A stretch of DNA of 64,000 bases from Nitrospirota bacterium (GTDB lineage: Bacteria > Nitrospirota > Nitrospiria > 2-01-FULL-66-17): contig JBMOMC010000002.1 of the NCBI GenBank assembly GCA_049325335.1, forward strand, positions 160,001 to 224,000. Reading direction: 5' to 3'. The position numbers and the translations under genes are program-made. The first letter of the stretch is position 1, and every line of letters starts with the position of its first letter. The notes under the pieces were generated by a model, which was not told the origin of the DNA, did not search any database, and saw only the letters and a program-made list of their open reading frames with translations. Of this stretch, positions 9,333 through 18,886 are shown piece by piece.

Positions 9333-9408
9333 GTAGGGGCGCACGGCCGTGCGCCCCTACGAATGCGCAATAGCAACGTCTCTGTAGGGGCAGACGGCGT
9401 ATGCCCCC
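9333..9408. repeat. Two GTAG-type REPs
   Basis: GTAGGGGCGCACGGCCGTGCGCCCCTAC plus a degenerate copy at 9384. Confidence 0.8.
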
Positions 9409-9426
9409 GCGTTTATACGCCCCGGT

Positions 9427-10761
9427 TTATCCGGCCAACACCTCCACCAGCCGATCAATCTCTTGGCGCGTTCGTTTCTCGGTCACGCAGATCAACCACT
9501 GGTTGGCCCACGCGGCATCGAACCGCCCTAAGTCCAATCCCCCGATGATCCCGGCCTTCAACAGGGCCGCGTTCAGTTCCGCGGGCGGGCGAGGGGTGCG
9601 CAGCACGAATTCTTTAAAGAACGGGGCGGATGAGGCACGCGAAAATCCCTTCACGGCCGCGATCCGTTCGGCCGCGTAGTGTGACTTGGCCAGACACTGC
9701 TCGCCCACTTCGCGCAAACCGTTGGGGCCGAGCGTGGCGAGGTAAATCGACGCGGTGAGCGCCATCAACGCCTGGTTGGTGCAGATGTTCGACGTGGCGC
9801 GCTCGCGACGAATGTGCTGCTCGCGCGCCTGGAGCGTCAGGCAGTAGCCCGGGCGTCCCTTGGTGTCCACGGTGGCGCCCACGATCCGGCCCGGGATCTG
9901 CCGCATGAAGTCTTTCTTGGTCGCCATGAACCCCACAAACGGTCCGCCGAAGGACATGGCATTGCCGAGCGCCTGCCCCTCGCCCACGGCCACATCCGCG
10001 CCCCAGAGCCCGGGCGGGGCCAGCAAGCCGAGCGAGAGCGGATCAACCGACGCCACCGCGAGCGCGCCCCGGCCGTGCGCGGCCTCCGCGATCGCGGCCA
10101 CGTCTTCCAAGTTGCCCAGGAAGTTGGGGTGCTGGACCAGCACCGCGGCGGTGTCGTCGGTCAACGATCGACGAAGGTCGTCCAGGTCTGCGCGGCCGTC
10201 CGTGATCCGCACCGTGTGGACCGGGTGCGAGATGCCGGACAGATACGTGGTGAGCACCGCGCGGTGGTGCGGGTGGATGGTGCCCGCCACCACGATACGC
10301 GAACGTTTGGTGACGCGGCAGGCCATGAGCGCGGCTTCGGCGAGCGCGGACGCGCCGTCGTACATGGAGGCGTTGGCCACGTCCATGCCGGTCAATTCGC
10401 AGACCATGGTCTGGAACTCGAAAATGGTCTGCAGCAGGCCCTGGCTCATCTCCGCCTGATAGGGCGTGTAGGAGGTCGAAAACTCGGATCGCGACGCCAG
10501 GAACGGCACGATCGACGGGATCGCGTGATCGTACGCGCCCGCGCCGAGAAAACACGGCGAGCGGTCCGCGTGCGCGTTGCGGTCGAGCAGGCCGCCGATT
10601 TCTCGGCGGACTTCCAATTCGCTGAGCGCGGGCGGCAACGCCAGCGGGCGATTCAGCCGCGCGCGCGCGGGAATCTCCGTAAGCAAGTCCTCGAATCGCT
10701 CCACCCCGATGGTGGACAGCATGGCGCGGTGGTCGTCCGCGGTATTCGGTAGGTATTCCAT
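9427..10761 (-). CDS. gcvPA: Glycine dehydrogenase subunit 1
   Basis: YTPYQAEMSQG, ANASMYDG, REQHIRRERATSNICTN. Confidence 0.96.
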   Translation of the reverse strand: MEYLPNTADDHRAMLSTIGVERFEDLLTEIPARARLNRPLALPPALSELEVRREIGGLLDRNAHADRSPCFLGAGAYDHAIPSIVPFLASRSEFSTSYTPYQAEMSQGLLQTIFEFQTMVCELTGMDVANASMYDGASALAEAALMACRVTKRSRIVVAGTIHPHHRAVLTTYLSGISHPVHTVRITDGRADLDDLRRSLTDDTAAVLVQHPNFLGNLEDVAAIAEAAHGRGALAVASVDPLSLGLLAPPGLWGADVAVGEGQALGNAMSFGGPFVGFMATKKDFMRQIPGRIVGATVDTKGRPGYCLTLQAREQHIRRERATSNICTNQALMALTASIYLATLGPNGLREVGEQCLAKSHYAAERIAAVKGFSRASSAPFFKEFVLRTPRPPAELNAALLKAGIIGGLDLGRFDAAWANQWLICVTEKRTRQEIDRLVEVLAG

Positions 10762-10786
10762 CAAGAATCCTTTCGTCCCCAACTGT

Positions 10787-10821
10787 CCCCCCCACCCCTC
10801 CCCCCCGCAAGGGGGGAGGGG
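10787..10821. repeat. CCCTCCCC...GGGGAGGG palindromic repeat
   Basis: CCCCTCCCCCCC-GCAA-GGGGGGAGGGG hairpin. Confidence 0.6.
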
Positions 10822-11937
10822 TCAGGAAGGGAAGGTCCTCTTTTTATAGAAGGGCGGCTTTGTGATGACCGCCCGCTTATGTTTGCCGCGGATGTCGATT
10901 TCGATCAACGCTCCGTCCACGGCGTGGGCCGCATCCATATACCCCATTCCAACGCCCTTGTCGAGACTCGGCGACAAATTTCCGCTGGTCACCACGCCGA
11001 CCAACGCGCCGCCGGCCAGGATCGGGTGGCCCTGTCGCGGCACGCCTTTGTCGATGAGTTCGAATCCCACCAGCCGCCGGGTGAGGCCGCGGCTGCGCTG
11101 GGCCGACAACGCGGCTTTGCCGATAAAGTCCGTCTTGCCGAAATCCACGGCCCAGTCCAACCCCGCATCGAGCGGCGTGGTGGTCTCGTCGATTTCGTGG
11201 CCGTATAACGCGTAGCCCATCTCCAGCCGGAGCGTGTCCCGCGCGCCGAGCCCGACCGGGACCAGCCCCAGCTCCTTACCCTGGGTCAACGCGTCGTTCC
11301 ACAATGCCGCGATCACCGCGTGTTCGGCCATGACTTCCACGCCCCACTCGCCGGTGTACCCCGTGCGCGCGATCAGCACCGGGCGGTTGTTCCTGACGGT
11401 CTCGATGAACGTGTGTAGGCGAAACGGGGTGGGCAGCGGAATCCCCAGGCGCTCGATCACGTCCCGGCTGCGCGGGCCTTGAATCGCGATGAGCCCGGTT
11501 TCCAGGGTCCGATCTTCGACCGTGATGCCCATGGGCCGGTGTTGGTTCATCCACGCGACGATTTTGAGGCGGTTGGCTCCGTTGACGATCAGCAGCCAAT
11601 CGTCTTCGGCGTAACGGTACACGAAAATGTCGTCCAGGAGAGTACCCCGTTCGTTGCACACCAGCGCGTAGCGCGCCGCGCCGGACGCGAGGTCGCTCAC
11701 GGCGCGCGTCACCAGCGATTCGATGTACGCGGTCGCGCCCGGGCCGCGCACACGCAGCCGACCCATGTGGCCGATATCGAACGCGCCCGCGGCGCGCCGC
11801 ACCGCCAGGTGTTCGGCCACGGTGCCGGCGTACGAGATCGGCATCTCCCAACCGGCAAAATCCACCAGCCTGGCGCCCAGCGCCTCATGCGCCGCGTGCA
11901 GCGCGGTGGTCAACAATCCCTGTGTCGGCGTGCTCAC
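10822..11937 (-). CDS. gcvT: Glycine cleavage aminomethyltransferase T
   Basis: FAGWEMP, RTGYTGE, GLGARDTLRLEMGYALYG. Confidence 0.96.
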   Translation of the reverse strand: MSTPTQGLLTTALHAAHEALGARLVDFAGWEMPISYAGTVAEHLAVRRAAGAFDIGHMGRLRVRGPGATAYIESLVTRAVSDLASGAARYALVCNERGTLLDDIFVYRYAEDDWLLIVNGANRLKIVAWMNQHRPMGITVEDRTLETGLIAIQGPRSRDVIERLGIPLPTPFRLHTFIETVRNNRPVLIARTGYTGEWGVEVMAEHAVIAALWNDALTQGKELGLVPVGLGARDTLRLEMGYALYGHEIDETTTPLDAGLDWAVDFGKTDFIGKAALSAQRSRGLTRRLVGFELIDKGVPRQGHPILAGGALVGVVTSGNLSPSLDKGVGMGYMDAAHAVDGALIEIDIRGKHKRAVITKPPFYKKRTFPS

Positions 11938-12647
11938 TCCGTCTCCTCTCCCAGATACGCGGCGCGGACCTTCGGGTCTCGTCGGAGCACCTCGGCCGGT
12001 CCGTGTAGCACGATCCGTCCGGTTTCCATCACGTAGGCCCGATCCGCCAACGCCAGCGCCGTGTGCGCGTTCTGTTCGACCAGCAACATCGTGGTCCCCT
12101 CGCCATGAATGGCCCGAATGATCTCAAAAATTCGCTCAACCATCAATGGGGCCAGTCCCAACGACGGTTCATCCAACAACAGCAGGGCCGGGCGGGCCAT
12201 CAATGCGCGACCAATCGCCAACATTTGCTGCTCGCCGCCGCTGAGGGTGCCGCCGAGTTGTCCGCGTCGGTCGCGCAGCAGCGGAAAATACGCGAAGACC
12301 CGGTCGAACGATTCCGCGATCCCCGTGCGGTCCCGGCGTGCGAGGGCGCCGGTTCGCAAATTTTCCATGACCGTCATCCTTCGGAAGATCCGCCGCCCTT
12401 CCGGGACGTGCGCGAGACCTCGGCGCACGATGTCGTAGGCCGCGCGTCCGTGGATCGGCTCGCCCTGAAAGCGGATCGCCCCGCTGCTTGCCGGGTTCGC
12501 ACCGGAGATGGTCATCAACGTCGTGCTTTTTCCCGCGCCGTTTGCGCCGATGAGGGCCACGATCTCCCCCGCACGGACATCGAGGTCGATGCCTTTGACG
12601 GCGTCGATCGGTCCGTAGGCGACACGAAGCTGTTCGACCGTCAGCAT
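11934..12647 (-). CDS. livF: Branched-chain amino acid ABC ATPase
   Basis: GANGAGKST, LSGGEQQMLAIGRALM, DEPSLGLAP. Confidence 0.93.
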   Translation of the reverse strand: MLTVEQLRVAYGPIDAVKGIDLDVRAGEIVALIGANGAGKSTTLMTISGANPASSGAIRFQGEPIHGRAAYDIVRRGLAHVPEGRRIFRRMTVMENLRTGALARRDRTGIAESFDRVFAYFPLLRDRRGQLGGTLSGGEQQMLAIGRALMARPALLLLDEPSLGLAPLMVERIFEIIRAIHGEGTTMLLVEQNAHTALALADRAYVMETGRIVLHGPAEVLRRDPKVRAAYLGEETE

Positions 12648-13426
12648 GCCCGGTCGGTCGCGGTGCCCAGGTACGCCTCGATCACGGCCGGGTTGCGCTG
12701 GACGTCGGCCGGCGAACCCTCGGCGATCTTCACACCGTGGTCGAACACGATCACATGGTCCGAGACGCCCATCACGACCTTCATGTCGTGTTCGATGAGC
12801 AGCACGGTGACGCCGGTCTCGCGGATGCGACGGATCAGCGCGGACAGGGCCAATGTTTCGGTGGGGTTCATCCCGGCGGCGGGCTCGTCGAGCAGCAACA
12901 AGGCGGGGCGACTGGCGAGGGCTCTAGCGATTTCCAGGCGGCGCTGCACGCCGTACGCCAGTTCGCCCGCGGAGGCGTCCGCCGCGTCGGCGATGCCGAC
13001 GAATTCCAGCCACGCATCGGCGGCCTGCTCCGCGTCGCGCGTTTCGGCGCGCGCGTGTGCGGTCTTCAGAATCGAGCCCAGGAGCCCGGTCCGTTCGCGG
13101 CAATACGCGCCGACCATCACGTTCTCGCGCGCGGTGAGGGCTCCGAACAGGCGGACGTTCTGGAACGTGCGTGTGATGCCGCGATCCGCGACCGCGTGCG
13201 GCGCGAGCCCGTCGAGCGGCGCGCCGTCAAAGAGGATCGAGCCATGGTCGGGCCGAGCCAAGCCGGTCAAACAGTTAAACAAGGTGGTCTTGCCCGCGCC
13301 GTTGGGGCCGATGAGGGCTGTGATCATCCCGCGTTCGACCGCCACGCTCACGCCGTCGAGCGCGGTCAGGCCCCCGAACGTCTTGGTCACGCCGTGTGCG
13401 CGCAGCAATGGCCCTTGGTCGATCAC
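12641..13426 (-). CDS. livG: Branched-chain amino acid ABC ATPase
   Basis: GPNGAGKTT, RTFQNVRLF, DEPAAGMNP, EHDM; GTG start overlapping livM stop. Confidence 0.92.
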   Translation of the reverse strand: MIDQGPLLRAHGVTKTFGGLTALDGVSVAVERGMITALIGPNGAGKTTLFNCLTGLARPDHGSILFDGAPLDGLAPHAVADRGITRTFQNVRLFGALTARENVMVGAYCRERTGLLGSILKTAHARAETRDAEQAADAWLEFVGIADAADASAGELAYGVQRRLEIARALASRPALLLLDEPAAGMNPTETLALSALIRRIRETGVTVLLIEHDMKVVMGVSDHVIVFDHGVKIAEGSPADVQRNPAVIEAYLGTATDRAC

Positions 13427-14550
13427 GCGGGCCTCGCGCGACGTACCACGGCGCGGCGCCCCAGCCCTTCGGGCCGCCACGCCATCATCGCCACCAAGGC
13501 TGCGCCGAAGACGAGCATGCGATAGTCCGCGGCGCCGCGGAGCAGCTCGGGGAGGAGCACGATCGCCACCGCGCCAGCGGCCACGCCCCAGACGTTGCAC
13601 ATCCCGCCCAACACGACCATGGCGAGCACCACGACCGATTCGAAGAACGTGAAGCTCTCGGGCGACACGAACGCGTAGCGGGCCGCGAAACACACGCCCG
13701 CCACGCCGGCCCACGCCGCGCCCAACGCAAAGGCCAACACTTTGAGGCGCGTGGTGGGCACGCCCATCGACTCCGCGGCGAGTTCGTCGTCCCGAATCGC
13801 CATCAAGGCCCGGCCCACGCGCGAAGCGCGCAGACGGGTGTTGACGAGGATCGCCAGCAACGCGACCGCGAGCGTCACGTAATAAAATTGCGGCGGACTC
13901 GCCAGCGTGAAGGGGCCGATTTGCGGCCGGCCGATGCCGAGAATGCCGTTGGGTCCGTTGGTGACCGAGTCCCAATTGACCAACACGAGGTGGACGATTT
14001 GGATGAAGCCCAACGTGACGATCGCCAGGTAGTCCCCGCGCAGGCGCAACGTGATGACGCCGAGCAACACGCCGAACGCGGCCGCGACCAGCGCACCCAA
14101 CGGGAGTCCGGCCCAGAACGGCACGCCCCACGCGGTGGAGGCCAGGGCGTAGCTGTACGCGCCGATCGCGTAGAAGGAGACGTATCCGAGATCCAACAGT
14201 CCGGCCAAGCCTACCGTGATCTGCAACCCCAGTGCGAGCACGACGTACAACCACGCGAGCGTGAGCACGTCGAGCACGTAGTTGTTGAACGCGAACGGCG
14301 CGGCCAGCAATGCGACGAGGGCGATGGTGCGGACGGTACACTGGGAGCGCCGTGTCGCGTCCGCGAGGCGGGTGGTCGCGGGCCGCACGGCTCCCACGGC
14401 GCGCTCCACCCACGCGGGCCGGGCACGCGTGAGGGACCAGGCGGCCACGACCAGCCCGGTCGCGAGCCCGACGCCCGCGGCCTGGCGCCATCCGCCCAGC
14501 GGCAGCAGCAAGGCGGTGGCCACTCCCGAGGCGGCGAGCGCGGTTCTCAT
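13423..14550 (-). CDS. livM: Branched-chain amino acid ABC permease
   Basis: GLLDLGY, LRLRGDYLAIVTLGF, SPESFTF. Confidence 0.92.
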   Translation of the reverse strand: MRTALAASGVATALLLPLGGWRQAAGVGLATGLVVAAWSLTRARPAWVERAVGAVRPATTRLADATRRSQCTVRTIALVALLAAPFAFNNYVLDVLTLAWLYVVLALGLQITVGLAGLLDLGYVSFYAIGAYSYALASTAWGVPFWAGLPLGALVAAAFGVLLGVITLRLRGDYLAIVTLGFIQIVHLVLVNWDSVTNGPNGILGIGRPQIGPFTLASPPQFYYVTLAVALLAILVNTRLRASRVGRALMAIRDDELAAESMGVPTTRLKVLAFALGAAWAGVAGVCFAARYAFVSPESFTFFESVVVLAMVVLGGMCNVWGVAAGAVAIVLLPELLRGAADYRMLVFGAALVAMMAWRPEGLGRRAVVRRARPA

Positions 14551-15449
14551 ACCTTTTCCGGAATGCGTTCGCCCATCAGTCCGGTGGGGCGAACCAGCAA
14601 CACCACGATCAAGATCACGAAGGCGATCGCGTCTTTGTACTCGTTGGAGATGTAGCCTGCGCCGAGTCCCTCGGCCACACCCAAGATGACGCCGCCCAGC
14701 ATGGCGCCCGGGATGTTACCGATGCCGCCTAATACCGCGGCGGTGAACGCCTTCAACCCCGCTACGTAGCCGATGAAGAAATTCACGACGCCGTAGTACA
14801 TGGCCACCATCACGCCCGCGATCGCGGCCAGCGCGGAGCCGATCACGAACGTGGCGGTGATCACGCGGTTCACGTCGATGCCCACCAACCCGGCCATACG
14901 CGGATCCTGCGCCGTGGCGCGCATGGCCAGGCCCAGGTCAGTGCGGCGGATGACCAGGTGCAGTCCGGCCATCAGCGCGGCGGAGATGCCGATGATCGCG
15001 AGTTGCACTCCGGAGACGGTGGCCCCGCCGAGGGCGTACGTGGTCGGCGCGCCGATCGATGGGAATACCTTGTCGCCGGACCCCTGCGTGAGCATGACCA
15101 CGTTTTGCAGCAGGATCGAGACACCGATCGCGGAGATCAACGGGGTGAGGCGGTGCGTGCGGCGCAGCGGTCGATAGGCCACGCGCTCCATGGTGGCGCC
15201 CACCGCGCCGCAATACAGCGCGGCGATCAGCACCGCAACCACGAGCGAGAGCAGCGGCGCGGTCTGGGTCCAGCCCCAGATCGTCATGACGCCCAGCGAG
15301 AGAATCCCGATGTACGCGCCCAGCATGTAGATCTCGCCGTGGGCGAAGTTGATCAACTCCAGGATGCCGTAGACCATCGTATAGCCGAGCGCGACCAGGG
15401 CATACACGCCGCCGAGGGTCAAGCCATTTACGAGTTGCTGGAGGAACAT
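14547..15449 (-). CDS. livH: Branched-chain amino acid ABC permease
   Basis: MFLQQLVNGLTLGGVYALVALGYTMVYG, INFAHGE, KAFTAAVLGGIG. Confidence 0.93.
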   Translation of the reverse strand: MFLQQLVNGLTLGGVYALVALGYTMVYGILELINFAHGEIYMLGAYIGILSLGVMTIWGWTQTAPLLSLVVAVLIAALYCGAVGATMERVAYRPLRRTHRLTPLISAIGVSILLQNVVMLTQGSGDKVFPSIGAPTTYALGGATVSGVQLAIIGISAALMAGLHLVIRRTDLGLAMRATAQDPRMAGLVGIDVNRVITATFVIGSALAAIAGVMVAMYYGVVNFFIGYVAGLKAFTAAVLGGIGNIPGAMLGGVILGVAEGLGAGYISNEYKDAIAFVILIVVLLVRPTGLMGERIPEKV

Positions 15450-15451
15450 CA

Positions 15452-15652
15452 GCAGGCCGCTGAAAAAGTCCAACTGCTGCGTGCTCGGTCGTCGGAAACC
15501 GTACCGTGTCCCGTCGGGGACACGGAATACGATTTGCGTCGAAGACGCGACCACTCGGTTCGCCGTCTTCGGCAACTCCTCACGTACAACTCAGTACGCT
15601 CCGGGTTCCTTCTTCCTGCGCTCTTGCATTTGGAACTTTTTGAGCGGCCTGC
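15452..15652. mobile_element. MITE-like repeat with terminal inverted repeats, carrying an internal insert
   Basis: GCAGGCCGCTGAAAAAG...CTTTTTGAGCGGCCTGC; body homologous to the 46645 and 59649 copies. Confidence 0.8.
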
Positions 15653-15674
15653 GGAAACCAACACCGTCTTCGAC

Positions 15675-16829
15675 TTACGAGGCACCCGGTGTCCAGGATT
15701 GCTCGTACGCCCCGTTCTTCACGGTCCACACGATGTACGGGGCGTTGAGCACGTCGCCCTTGGCGTCGAACCGGATTTCGCCTTGCGCGCCGGAATGCGT
15801 CATGGCACGGATGGCCTCGGCGACGTTCGTCCCGTCGGTGGTGTTGGCCTGAACGATGGCGCTGAGCAATGCGTTGGCCGCGTCGTAGGCGTAAATCGAA
15901 TACGGCCCGTGCTGGCCGAACCGTTCATGGTACTTGGTCAAGAAGGTTTGCGCCTGGGGAATGCCGGACGGGTCAGGCCCGAACGTGAGGAACGTGCCCT
16001 CGGCCGCCGGCCCGGCGATCTCCAAGAACTTCTGATCGTACGTGCCGTCTCCGGAGACAAACGGCGCGGTCAGCCCCAACTCGCGCGCCTGCCGCACGAG
16101 CAGCCCGGCTTCGGGGTAGATGCCGCCGAAGAAGATCACATCGGGCTTGGCGGATTTGACCGTGGTCAGCACGGCGCGGAAGTCTTTGTCCCCCTGCGTG
16201 ACGCCCGACGAAAAGGCGATCTTGGCATCCGGTCCCAACGCATGCTGGAACTGTTCGGCCAACCCTTGACCGTACGTCGTTTTATCGTGCAGGATCGCGA
16301 CCGCGCCGGTGGGGAAGCGCTCGCGCACAAACCGCGCGGCCACCGGCCCCTGTTGATCGTCGCGGCCGCACACGCGAAAAATCGTCGGGAAGCCCTGCTC
16401 GGTGAGCTGCGGGTTGGTAGACGCGGGCGTAATCATGACCACCTTGGCCTGGTGGTACACGCCCGAGGCGGGGATCGACGCGCTGGAATTCCAATGCCCG
16501 ATCACGCCCACCGCGCCGGAATGGACGAATTTGTTGGCCACGGCCACGGCCTGTTTGGGATCGTGTTGATCGTCTTCCACTTGCAGGACGACCTTCTTGC
16601 CCAACACACCGCCCTTGGCGTTCCATTCCTCCACCGCGAGTTCGACGCCGTGGCGCAAATCCGTGCCCATCTTGCTCTGATCCCCGGTCATGGGGCCGGC
16701 CGCGCCGATCCTGATCTCGTTGGATGCCTTCGGGGTGCAGGCCAGCGTGCCGGCGATCAAGAACGCGATCAACAGGCCGAACAAGTGGTGTGGACGTGAG
16801 ACCATCATCATGATTGGCAGAGTGGGCAT
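15675..16829 (-). CDS. livK: Branched-chain amino acid ABC substrate-binding lipoprotein; start uncertain
   Basis: IGAAGPMTG, EDDQHDP, RDDQQG, HDKTTYGQGLA; lipobox TLAC. Confidence 0.9.
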   Translation of the reverse strand: MPTLPIMMMVSRPHHLFGLLIAFLIAGTLACTPKASNEIRIGAAGPMTGDQSKMGTDLRHGVELAVEEWNAKGGVLGKKVVLQVEDDQHDPKQAVAVANKFVHSGAVGVIGHWNSSASIPASGVYHQAKVVMITPASTNPQLTEQGFPTIFRVCGRDDQQGPVAARFVRERFPTGAVAILHDKTTYGQGLAEQFQHALGPDAKIAFSSGVTQGDKDFRAVLTTVKSAKPDVIFFGGIYPEAGLLVRQARELGLTAPFVSGDGTYDQKFLEIAGPAAEGTFLTFGPDPSGIPQAQTFLTKYHERFGQHGPYSIYAYDAANALLSAIVQANTTDGTNVAEAIRAMTHSGAQGEIRFDAKGDVLNAPYIVWTVKNGAYEQSWTPGAS

Positions 16830-17008
16830 CATCCTCCTCGGACGGCATCCGACCGGCACAAAATGCGGCCTAGATTACACAGCTGGGACGAACGGTGTCA
16901 ATGACGCGCCGAGTGTGTCGGGGATCCCTTTTGGGAGGCTTTCGCAATGGCAGTTCACGTGTTGTCCCGGCCACGAAGAGGCGACGGTCTACCGAACGGG
17001 AGGAGTAT

Positions 17009-17212
17009 CTATCCCCGTTTCTTTTTGAACCGAACGCCCTCCAAGTCGTCAGAATTCGCATCCTGCGTCCAGACCACGGCATGGTGGGCGCGGGCCGTGG
17101 CTAAGCCCACGCTATCGGCGAGCGGGAGCTTGTTCTGCAGCCCCACCTTCGCGGCGGCGACGGCGAGCGTCATATCCAAGTCGATCCACCCGCTTGAATG
17201 GACCACATTCAT
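17009..17212 (-). pseudogene. VapC/PIN toxin remnant with internal deletion
   Basis: MNVVHSSGWI fused directly to DLDMTLA...LPLADS..LATAR...WTQD; only 67 aa. Confidence 0.65.
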
Positions 17213-17310
17213 ACGCGGTCCTTGTCTCGCGGGACCGTCGTATCGATGCCCTTCAGAAAACCGCGCATCTCGGTGAGCTTTTTCACCGGGATGCATTCGA
17301 TCTTGTTGGA
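17209..17310 (-). pseudogene. AbrB/MazE-type antitoxin C-terminal remnant
   Basis: Manual frame reads KIECIPVKKLTEMRGFLKGIDTTVPRDKDRV*, with ATGA overlap onto the PIN start. Confidence 0.55.
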
Positions 17311-17356
17311 AGAGTGCCAACAAAGCAATACTCATGCCTCGCTCGTTCTCAAATTC

Positions 17357-18001
17357 TTAACGGGCAGCCCGGGTGAGAACGTCCAAATGTCGGGTGAAGT
17401 CCACGGGGTCATCTTGCGCGAGCAGGTCGGCCGAGGCGTCCTTAACCTGACGCACAAATTGGGGGTAATCCTGCGCCTCCGGAGTGAGCAGTCGATAATA
17501 TGACGCCAAGTAGGGTCCGTCGCCTTGGGCAATATCGCGGGTCAACGCCTGGTGGTTGTTCAAGACGAACATGAACCGCTCACTGCGGTTGCGATCAATG
17601 GACGTGCGCTCCTGGCCTGCGGGCTGAAGGTCCACGAAATAGGAGGTCGGTTCGTAGCGAATCATGGCGCCGGAGGAGGCGTCGATGCCCCAACTGGTCG
17701 CTCCCATTGTTGTCAGGCTGAACCCCAGATTGAAGAGGGCGATTAGGTCCAAGGTTCGCTGGAGGCTCAACTCATACGTGGTGAACCCCGGTGCTCGAAT
17801 TTGGAGGGTCTTCTGGACGAAGGCATCTCGTTTGAACGTGTGTGTCAGAGGAGTTTTCCCCAGGAGGACCACCCCGTCGTACACATCGGCGCCGTCAGGC
17901 ACCGTTTTGATGGTGATTGTATCCGAGCGTTTTGCAAACAGCGTTGCGCATCCGTTTACAAAGCATACGAACGCGAGGACCACCACGATTCTCGGCCGCA
18001 T
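17357..18001 (-). CDS. PEGA-domain lipoprotein with DUF3015-like C-terminal helical domain
   Basis: VNGC lipobox; TVPDGADVY..LGKTPL PEGA; NNHQALTRDIAQGDGPYL resembles neighbours' NNYADLAKEMASGNGERL. Confidence 0.65.
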   Translation of the reverse strand: MRPRIVVVLAFVCFVNGCATLFAKRSDTITIKTVPDGADVYDGVVLLGKTPLTHTFKRDAFVQKTLQIRAPGFTTYELSLQRTLDLIALFNLGFSLTTMGATSWGIDASSGAMIRYEPTSYFVDLQPAGQERTSIDRNRSERFMFVLNNHQALTRDIAQGDGPYLASYYRLLTPEAQDYPQFVRQVKDASADLLAQDDPVDFTRHLDVLTRAAR

Positions 18002-18189
18002 GAAAGTCTCCTTTTCGGAATGCTTCAAGATGGTAGGACTGCTCGGGCCGAGGGGAAGGTGCGCGGCAGTCCGATGGGTACGTAACGGAAGCCAATATAC
18101 CGAGTCGGGTGGAGGCCTGTCAACGGAACTGGATGAATGCGGCGATACGGAGCGCGACTCCCGGCCTGAATCTTGGCCCGTGATGGGGG

Positions 18190-18849
18190 CTACGGCATCA
18201 CGCGAGCGATCGAGCTGTTATACAGCAGCCCAACGTCGGTTTGCTCAACGAATAGCCCATAGGCAAACAACTCGAACAGGAACGCCGACTGGAAGGCGTA
18301 GGCGCCGTTGTTCGTGGCATCGCACGCGGGTTCTTTTTCCAGATCCATTTCCGGTTGCCGGGACGGGACGTAGGGGAACCCCTTGGGGCACCGGACGTGG
18401 TCATACCCATCGTCGTCTGAATGTCGAGCCTCGTGTACCAAGGTGTAAAGCCGTTCAAGGGGCGTGAGTTTGGTGAAGAATGCATCTCCTACGATGAAGT
18501 GGCCTTTATTCTGATTGAGGGCGACGGTCCATTTATTTTTCAGCGAAAGCCGGTGAATGCGGGACAGCAGCCAGTGAAAAAGGTCGGGGCCGTTGAACGA
18601 AAACCCGAACAACGGCTCGAAACGACTCAACCGCTGGTACGTCCGCCGGTTCATGCGCAGGTCGCCCGGTACGAGGGCCCTGAGTTGATTCAGCGTCGTT
18701 TCCAGGGCCAAGATTTGCGGTTCTGAAAACCCCGACAGTTCGATGTGATATTTCTCCCAGTAGGGTTCCTTGGCGGATGCCCAATGGGGATCGTTCAGCA
18801 AGAGTCCAAGAATCGTTACGACGAGTCCGGTGATGACACGCCGCTTCAC
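18190..18849 (-). CDS. Exported HExxH putative zinc metalloprotein
   Basis: Signal peptide ending ASA; TLVHEARH; two Cys. Confidence 0.55.
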   Translation of the reverse strand: MKRRVITGLVVTILGLLLNDPHWASAKEPYWEKYHIELSGFSEPQILALETTLNQLRALVPGDLRMNRRTYQRLSRFEPLFGFSFNGPDLFHWLLSRIHRLSLKNKWTVALNQNKGHFIVGDAFFTKLTPLERLYTLVHEARHSDDDGYDHVRCPKGFPYVPSRQPEMDLEKEPACDATNNGAYAFQSAFLFELFAYGLFVEQTDVGLLYNSSIARVMP

Positions 18850-18886
18850 GGCCGAAGCGATCCTGGTCGGTCGCGGGGAATCACCG

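Noticed and set aside
12641..14491. 616-aa LivM-LivG fusion
   Set aside because: The N-terminal part is an alternative frame of livM; LivG starts at about 13426
15450..15575. N-terminal extension of LivH
   Set aside because: It is translated MITE sequence
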